Below, one piece after another: positions 35,677-41,191 of a stretch of 41,191 bases of DNA. The stretch lies in the sequence record SRR16203515_818; one strand, given 5' to 3'. Each line of letters opens with the position of its first letter. Positions within the stretch are counted from its first letter, which is position 1. The translations under genes were made by a program, and so were the position numbers. Below the pieces are notes generated by a model, which worked only from the letters and a program-made list of their open reading frames with translations, ran no database searches and was not told where the DNA came from.

Positions 35677-37103
35677 CGATATATAAATTTCGTTGGCTCG
35701 TCCACGGTCACCACCTCACCATCATCGATAGAGGTAACCGTAAACTGGATTTCTGTTACCACATCTTCCAGATTATAGGGGTCGGTTGCAACCGAAATAG
35801 GCGTACTATATACCTCACCTCCCTGAACCGTTACGTCTTGATCGCCAATGAAGCGGTATTCAGGTAACCCAGAGACCTCTATGGTGTAGGTTCGCGTCTG
35901 TTGAGATTTATTAAGTACCTTGATGGTATAAACATTCTCAATTAGGCCATCGTTAGTTTCACGGTAGAGGGAGTTTCTATCACGAATAATATCTACTTCT
36001 AACGGAATTCGCGTCACAATATCGGCCACCAGCAAACCCACCATGACAAGTAATACCACAAAGTAGCTCACTAATTTGGGGCGCACTATATGGGTGGTGC
36101 CGCCAGAAAGTCGTTCTTCAGAAGTAAAGCTAATAAGCCCCTTCGGGTAGCCCATTTTATCCATGACCCCGTTACACGCATCGACACAGGCGCCGCAATT
36201 AATGCATTCGTATTGCAGCCCATTTCTAATATCAATACCCGTAGGGCAAACTTGTACACATAAGTTACAGTCAATACAGTCGCCCAACCCTTTTTCTTTT
36301 ACTGCGTCGTGACTGAGCTTGCGTGGTCGGGGGCCCCGTTGTTCACCGCGGTTGGGATCGTACGCTACCGTAAAGGTGTCTTTATCGAACATCGCCGATT
36401 GAAAACGCGCGTAGGGACAAATATGGGTACACATGATTTCACGCATATAGCCCGCATTGGCGTAGGTACACACGGCAAAGAAAAGCACAGAAAACGCTGC
36501 CCAAAAGCTGGTGTCAAAGGTAAAAAAGTCGATAAACAGCGCCCCAATGGGCGTGAAGTAGCCCACAAAGGTTAACGCTGTGAGTAAGGCCACAACCACC
36601 CACGCAGTATGCTTTAAGGTTTTGCGAATAAACTTATCGGCATCCATCTTACGCGCATCCAGCTTAATACGCTTGTTACGCGGCCCCTCTATTTTTTCTT
36701 CAAACCAGGTATAAATATACACCCATGTGGTTTGCGGGCACATGAATCCACACCACACACGACCGGCAAAAGTTGTCACGAAGAAAAGGGCGAAGGCAGA
36801 GACAATAAAGATATACGCCAGTAGGGTAAGATCTTGTGGCCACAGGGTTAACCCAAAAATACTGAAACGTTGCTCGCCAATATCAAGTAAAACCGCCTGA
36901 TTGCCATTATATTGTAGCCAGGGAATGAGGGCGAAAAGGCCTAAGAATATCAAGCCGAAAAAACGACGGAAGGTCTCTAGGGGGCCCTTAACGGCGCGCA
37001 CGTAAATACGACTTCGAGAATCGTGACGTTTCCCTTCTTGTTCCCGTGCAGGTTTGTGTACCTTCACCGGTGTGACGTTTTTTACTGGGATTTGTTCATT
37101 CAT
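35673..37103 (-). CDS. ccoG: Cytochrome c oxidase accessory 4Fe-4S membrane protein CcoG (FixG/RdxA family)
   Basis: GRVWCGFMCPQT, CPYARFQ, CIDCNLCVQVCP.GIDIR, CINCGACVDAC; overlaps srkA by ATGA. Confidence 0.94.
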   Translation of the reverse strand: MNEQIPVKNVTPVKVHKPAREQEGKRHDSRSRIYVRAVKGPLETFRRFFGLIFLGLFALIPWLQYNGNQAVLLDIGEQRFSIFGLTLWPQDLTLLAYIFIVSAFALFFVTTFAGRVWCGFMCPQTTWVYIYTWFEEKIEGPRNKRIKLDARKMDADKFIRKTLKHTAWVVVALLTALTFVGYFTPIGALFIDFFTFDTSFWAAFSVLFFAVCTYANAGYMREIMCTHICPYARFQSAMFDKDTFTVAYDPNRGEQRGPRPRKLSHDAVKEKGLGDCIDCNLCVQVCPTGIDIRNGLQYECINCGACVDACNGVMDKMGYPKGLISFTSEERLSGGTTHIVRPKLVSYFVVLLVMVGLLVADIVTRIPLEVDIIRDRNSLYRETNDGLIENVYTIKVLNKSQQTRTYTIEVSGLPEYRFIGDQDVTVQGGEVYSTPISVATDPYNLEDVVTEIQFTVTSIDDGEVVTVDEPTKFIYR

Positions 37104-37142
37104 GGGAAAACCTTAGCCAACTGCCTACTACTGCGAATACGC

Positions 37143-37183
37143 ATTATACCAGTGATTTAGCGGGCTGATTTAATGTAGATCAA
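37143..37183 (-). promoter_or_regulatory. FNR-type class II promoter of ccoG-srkA
   Basis: TTAAT-GTAG-ATCAA (37170-37183; one mismatch to TTGAT-N4-ATCAA) and TATAAT on the minus strand (37143-37148); box centre falls near -41. Confidence 0.72.
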
Positions 37184-37360
37184 TGATGCCATTTATGATC
37201 GCTTTTTTATATGTTTCAGTCAATACTGAAAGTTCAGAAATTATAATTAAAGCCGTGAGGATCATACCGATTTGCTATACTTGGGTATCGCTAACGAGTC
37301 GTTACTTTTGCGAATTTTTGTTTACACTATCTGTTTTACTGACTAGTTTAGGAGCAGGGC

Positions 37361-37723
37361 ATGCGGCGTTTGTTTGTTGTTTTCATCGAAATAGCATTAC
37401 TTATCATTGTATTGCGTACGCCTTTTGTTCAGTACCTGTTATCCGATATGCAAAGACACTTAGCTGACTGGCTGCTTCAAATAGAAGCGCTTCCACACCA
37501 GCAACAGTTAGGAGACATACGTCAACAGGTGCTCAAGGAAATGCCTACCCTCAAGCCCTATCAAAAAGACTATTTGCGACAAATTACGGCCAGCAAACAA
37601 GACTTTGTGCATTTTTACCGTACGTATTGTGTTACCGATGAAATTAACCCGAACTTTGCCGGTACAGATAGGGTCGTAATTTGTAATAAAGCAAAACAAA
37701 GCCAACTGCTAACGCAAAGTTAG
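37361..37723 (+). CDS. Hypothetical protein with N-terminal membrane anchor
   Basis: 120 aa; AGGAG before ATG; hydrophobic N-terminus; two Cys in the soluble part. Confidence 0.75.
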   Translation: MRRLFVVFIEIALLIIVLRTPFVQYLLSDMQRHLADWLLQIEALPHQQQLGDIRQQVLKEMPTLKPYQKDYLRQITASKQDFVHFYRTYCVTDEINPNFAGTDRVVICNKAKQSQLLTQS

Positions 37724-37795
37724 ATAATGTTCATTTGTTGTTCAGCTTTATATGCTAAATTAGCATGGTATGAATAGTTCTCAAGGAACCTTATT

Positions 37796-38344
37796 ATGTC
37801 AGTCATTAACGTTAACACACCTAAACGAGCAGGTGTACTTGGCACGCTAGTGGCCCTGTGTTTACTGGCACCCGCTGCTCAGTCGGCAGAAGTAAAAGTA
37901 GAATGGGTAAAACCGACGAAGTTCACCGATGTTAAGCCTAGTAATGAGTCGAGAAAGCGTTTTCGCGAACGTACGCTCAAGGAATTAACCACCTATCTAA
38001 CTGAGTTGGGTGAACAGCTGCCAGCGCAGCAAACCTTATCTATAAAAGTAACTAACTTAGATTTAGCCGGACAGGTGTGGCCAAGAAACTTTGTGGGTTT
38101 TGGCACCAGTGGCGGCGATATCAGAGTTATTCGCCGCGTTGATATCCCTCGTATGACCTTTGCTTATACCTTGACGGAAAACGGTAACGTTATTGCACAT
38201 AGTGACGAAGTGAAGTTAAAAGACATGGGCTTTATGGACTCAACCATCAGAACCTCTCAGCGTGAGCCTCTGGTGTATGAAAAAGCCATGCTTGAGCATT
38301 GGTTTGATGAGACATTTGTTAATGAGTACGCCAATAACCAGTAA
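37796..38344 (+). CDS. Exported DUF3016-like protein
   Basis: Signal peptide; W..P.KFTD, V.NLDLAG, IRVIR..DIPRM, YEK.ML..WF. Confidence 0.75.
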   Translation: MSVINVNTPKRAGVLGTLVALCLLAPAAQSAEVKVEWVKPTKFTDVKPSNESRKRFRERTLKELTTYLTELGEQLPAQQTLSIKVTNLDLAGQVWPRNFVGFGTSGGDIRVIRRVDIPRMTFAYTLTENGNVIAHSDEVKLKDMGFMDSTIRTSQREPLVYEKAMLEHWFDETFVNEYANNQ

Positions 38345-38359
38345 GCAATCATTAAGCAT

Positions 38360-38397
38360 AAAAAAATGCCGCTTAATTAAGCGGCATTTTTGTTTTT
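38360..38397. terminator. Bidirectional intrinsic terminator
   Basis: Perfect palindrome AAAAATGCCGCTTAATTAAGCGGCATTTTT (38362-38391) between convergent genes. Confidence 0.9.
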
Positions 38398-38420
38398 ATT
38401 GAGCCGTGTCTACTCGACGA

Positions 38421-40181
38421 TTACAAATAATCAAACTCGCTGCCTGATATTGCCAGTGTGCTTTCAGCACCGGCCAGGTAAGCTGACTTATGGGCATCCC
38501 GCCGTGGCAAAATGCGCGCCATATAAAAGTCGCGGGTCTTCTGTTTCGACGAAGCCAACACGGCGTTGTCGCCCTTTGCCGCCGCGTCAGCCATGCTGTA
38601 CCACAACACGCCTATCAGTGAATAAGCGGTATAAGCAAGGAAATCGCAGGCCGCTGCTGCTGCCGTCGTGCCATCCATGCCCAGGCAATCTGCTGACGCT
38701 GCCCGCCAGTCATCCAGTAAACCTTGCGCGAGGGCCTGGTTTTCACTGTCAGACATATCTGCGACTAAGGCATTAAATGCATCATAGGTGGCCGACAACA
38801 TATCACCGCCGTCGCGGGTTAGTTTGCGACCGATAAGGTCGAGGGCTTGTATACCATTTGTGCCTTCATACAACATGGCAATACGCACATCGCGCATCAG
38901 TTGCTCCATACCCCATTCGCGAATAAACCCATGGCCGCCAAACACTTGAACACCGATACTGGTGGTTTCAAGCCCCATATCTGTCATGTAGGCTTTGCAA
39001 ATAGGGGTGAGAAATTGCAGTACTTTTTCTGCCTGTACTTTTTCTTCATCACTGCCTAACTTTTCGATGTCCATGTATTTTGCATAGAAGAGAGACAGCG
39101 CTCGCGCACCTTCAATTTGCGACTTTTGCGTAAGTAGCATGCGCGCTACATCGGGCTGAAATACGATAGGATCAGCTTTGCCATCAGGGTTTTTAACCCC
39201 TTGAGGCGCTCGGGATTGCACACGTTCGCGGGCATAAGTTAAAGCGCCTTGATAGGATGCTTCAGCCGCTCCTAACCCTTGCAAGCCTACCTGAAAGCGG
39301 GCGTCGTTCATCATAGTAAACATGCAGGCTAGGCCTTGATTCTCTTCGCCCACTAACCATCCGGTAGCCTCGTCATAGTTCATCACGCAGGTGGGGCTTG
39401 CCTTAATCCCCATCTTATGTTCGATACTGCCTACCGATACCTTGTTTGCTTCGCCAGGTTCGTTGTTGTCATCTAGCAGTAACTTAGGTACTAAGAAAAG
39501 GCTAATCCCCTTCACACCTTTTGGCGCGTCTGGTAGGCGAGCTAACACGAGATGGATCACATTGCTGCTCCAATCCTGATCGCCCGCAGTTATAAATATT
39601 TTATTACCGGTTATTTTATAGCTGCCATCAGTTTGTGGCTCAGCCTTGGTGTTTAACAAGCTCAAATCTGTGCCCGCATGGGGTTCAGTGAGGTTCATGG
39701 TGCCCGTCCATTCACCACTAATTAGCTTAGCTAAATATTTGTCTTTTAATTCATTACTCGCGTGCTTAGTGACGGCTAATACCGCACTTTCTGTCAGCAT
39801 GGTGGTGAGTCGCCAACTTAAATTAGCCGCATTGAGCATCTCATGCACAGGCACGGCCATGGTATAGGGAAGATCTTGACCCTCGTAGTCCGCACTACCT
39901 AGCATGGCGTTCCAACCATTTGCCACATACTCTTGATAGGCATCGGCAAAGCCTTTCGGTGTTGTTACCTTGCCATTTTCAAGTTTACAACCCTCTTCGT
40001 CACCTTCGCGGTTTAGCGGTGCTACCACATCAACTGCGAACTTTGCGCCTTGAGAAATAATTTCTGCCGCTAACTCGTTATCAAAGTCGCTAATGCCGAG
40101 TTTTTCATAATGGGCATCTAGGCCCAGCCAATCTTTCAGCAGAAATTGAAAGTCGGCAGTAGGGGGGTGGTACAAAGGCAT
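38421..40181 (-). CDS. Acyl-CoA dehydrogenase (FadE5/DmdC-like long family)
   Basis: WTGTMNLTEPHAGTDL, GNKIFIT, EHKMGIKASPTC, MFTMMN, GGHGFIREW, YEGTNGIQ. Confidence 0.93.
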   Translation of the reverse strand: MPLYHPPTADFQFLLKDWLGLDAHYEKLGISDFDNELAAEIISQGAKFAVDVVAPLNREGDEEGCKLENGKVTTPKGFADAYQEYVANGWNAMLGSADYEGQDLPYTMAVPVHEMLNAANLSWRLTTMLTESAVLAVTKHASNELKDKYLAKLISGEWTGTMNLTEPHAGTDLSLLNTKAEPQTDGSYKITGNKIFITAGDQDWSSNVIHLVLARLPDAPKGVKGISLFLVPKLLLDDNNEPGEANKVSVGSIEHKMGIKASPTCVMNYDEATGWLVGEENQGLACMFTMMNDARFQVGLQGLGAAEASYQGALTYARERVQSRAPQGVKNPDGKADPIVFQPDVARMLLTQKSQIEGARALSLFYAKYMDIEKLGSDEEKVQAEKVLQFLTPICKAYMTDMGLETTSIGVQVFGGHGFIREWGMEQLMRDVRIAMLYEGTNGIQALDLIGRKLTRDGGDMLSATYDAFNALVADMSDSENQALAQGLLDDWRAASADCLGMDGTTAAAAACDFLAYTAYSLIGVLWYSMADAAAKGDNAVLASSKQKTRDFYMARILPRRDAHKSAYLAGAESTLAISGSEFDYL

Positions 40182-40192
40182 AAAGCGCTCCT

Positions 40193-40212
40193 ATTTAAAC
40201 GGTCGTTTAATT
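40193..40212. promoter_or_regulatory. Palindromic operator resembling a PsrA (TetR) site
   Basis: TTAAACG-GT-CGTTTAA (40195-40210) between a minus-strand TATAAT (40221-40226) and the RBS of the acyl-CoA dehydrogenase. Confidence 0.62.
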
Positions 40213-40394
40213 ATGGCTGTATTATAGACATAAAAAGCATAGACAAAGTAGTCCGTTAAGAGAAAGTTAATGAAAAATTTATACCGTCCCTTCATTTCAG
40301 TCCTTCTTATCACTAACTATCATAAGGCATTTGCAATTCCTCCTGTCGCTGGCATGCTATGCCAAGGTTGCGAATAAATAACGTAGAAGGCGCA

Positions 40395-41147
40395 ATGACA
40401 AAACAAAATAAACCTGTATGTGTGGTAACCGGCGGCAGCCTTGGTATTGGCTTTGCTGTGTGCAAACGCTTTGTCGATGACGGTTACCAAGTGGTAAATC
40501 TCGATATTCAACACTTTGCTGAACCTATTGATAACGCAGACTGGCTAGAGTGTGATGTGAGCCAAGTAGGGGAAGTAAGCGAGGCAATAGAAACGGTAAT
40601 TCGTCGTTACGGCAGCGTAGATGCCTTGGTATGCAATGCCGGTAAACACATCTCTGCCACCATCGAAGACACTGATGAGGATGTGTTAGATAGTATTATT
40701 AGCTTGAACATTAAAGGTGCCTACGCGGCAATAAAGGCCAGCCTGCCAATAATGAAAGCGAACCAGGCTGGCGCTATTGTGGTGATGGGCTCTGATCAAT
40801 GCTTTGTGGGTAAACGTAACTCCTTTGCGTATGGGCTTACAAAATCAGCGCTGGCGTCCATCGCGAAAACCACCGCGTTAGATTATGCAGCACATCAAAT
40901 CCGCGTGAATGCGGTGTGTCCCGGTACAATCGAAACCCCTTTATTTCATAACGCTATCGACAATTATGTTGCCCGCAGCGGCGCCAACAAAGAGGAAGTT
41001 GTGGCCGAAGAAGCCGCGGCCCAACCTTTAGGTTGTCTTGGACAGCCACAAGACGTGGCAGAATTAGTGTATTTTTTATGTAGCGACAAAGCTAAATTTA
41101 TTACCGGCAGTCTCTACGCCATAGACGGCGGCTACACCGCCCAATAA
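40395..41147 (+). CDS. Short-chain dehydrogenase/reductase
   Basis: TGGSLGIG, NAG, YGLTK (YxxxK), RVNAVCPGTIETP, ITG...DGG; ATG 40395 follows GAAGG. Confidence 0.92.
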   Translation: MTKQNKPVCVVTGGSLGIGFAVCKRFVDDGYQVVNLDIQHFAEPIDNADWLECDVSQVGEVSEAIETVIRRYGSVDALVCNAGKHISATIEDTDEDVLDSIISLNIKGAYAAIKASLPIMKANQAGAIVVMGSDQCFVGKRNSFAYGLTKSALASIAKTTALDYAAHQIRVNAVCPGTIETPLFHNAIDNYVARSGANKEEVVAEEAAAQPLGCLGQPQDVAELVYFLCSDKAKFITGSLYAIDGGYTAQ

Positions 41148-41191
41148 CGCACCCTATGTACTGGACACCCACAATTTCAGCTCATCAAAAG

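Overview
Chromosomal window from a gammaproteobacterium; gene content and motifs suggest Alteromonadales (inference, not a database result). Left part: 3' end of efp, epmA, a His/Glu-rich ZnuD-like TonB-dependent receptor (TBDR) behind a Zur-like box, small enzymes, a second TBDR abutting an M19 dipeptidase, cyclophilin, rlmG, and alkB-like/bolA/PAP2. Centre (~13.8-31.5 kb): a nitrate-assimilation cluster with nasR (NIT+ANTAR antiterminator), a SulP transporter, nirB-nirD-nasA-cobA-ybiB-like, and nrtABC-porin-mobA-like. Its regulation is readable in the sequence: NtrC-like boxes with sigma54 promoters, plus two leader terminators each overlapped by a near-identical ANTAR-type hexaloop hairpin. 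The most striking anomaly is that nasR is split by one in-frame TGA (14661-14663) followed by a small hairpin, so the cluster may be cryptic, read-through dependent, or mis-sequenced. Right part: dsbA, a cobalamin riboswitch with a BtuB-like TBDR, ccoG-srkA behind an FNR-type promoter, DUF3016-like, an acyl-CoA dehydrogenase with a PsrA-like operator, and an SDR. No tRNA, rRNA, CRISPR, IS or phage genes were recognised. All motif calls were made by eye.
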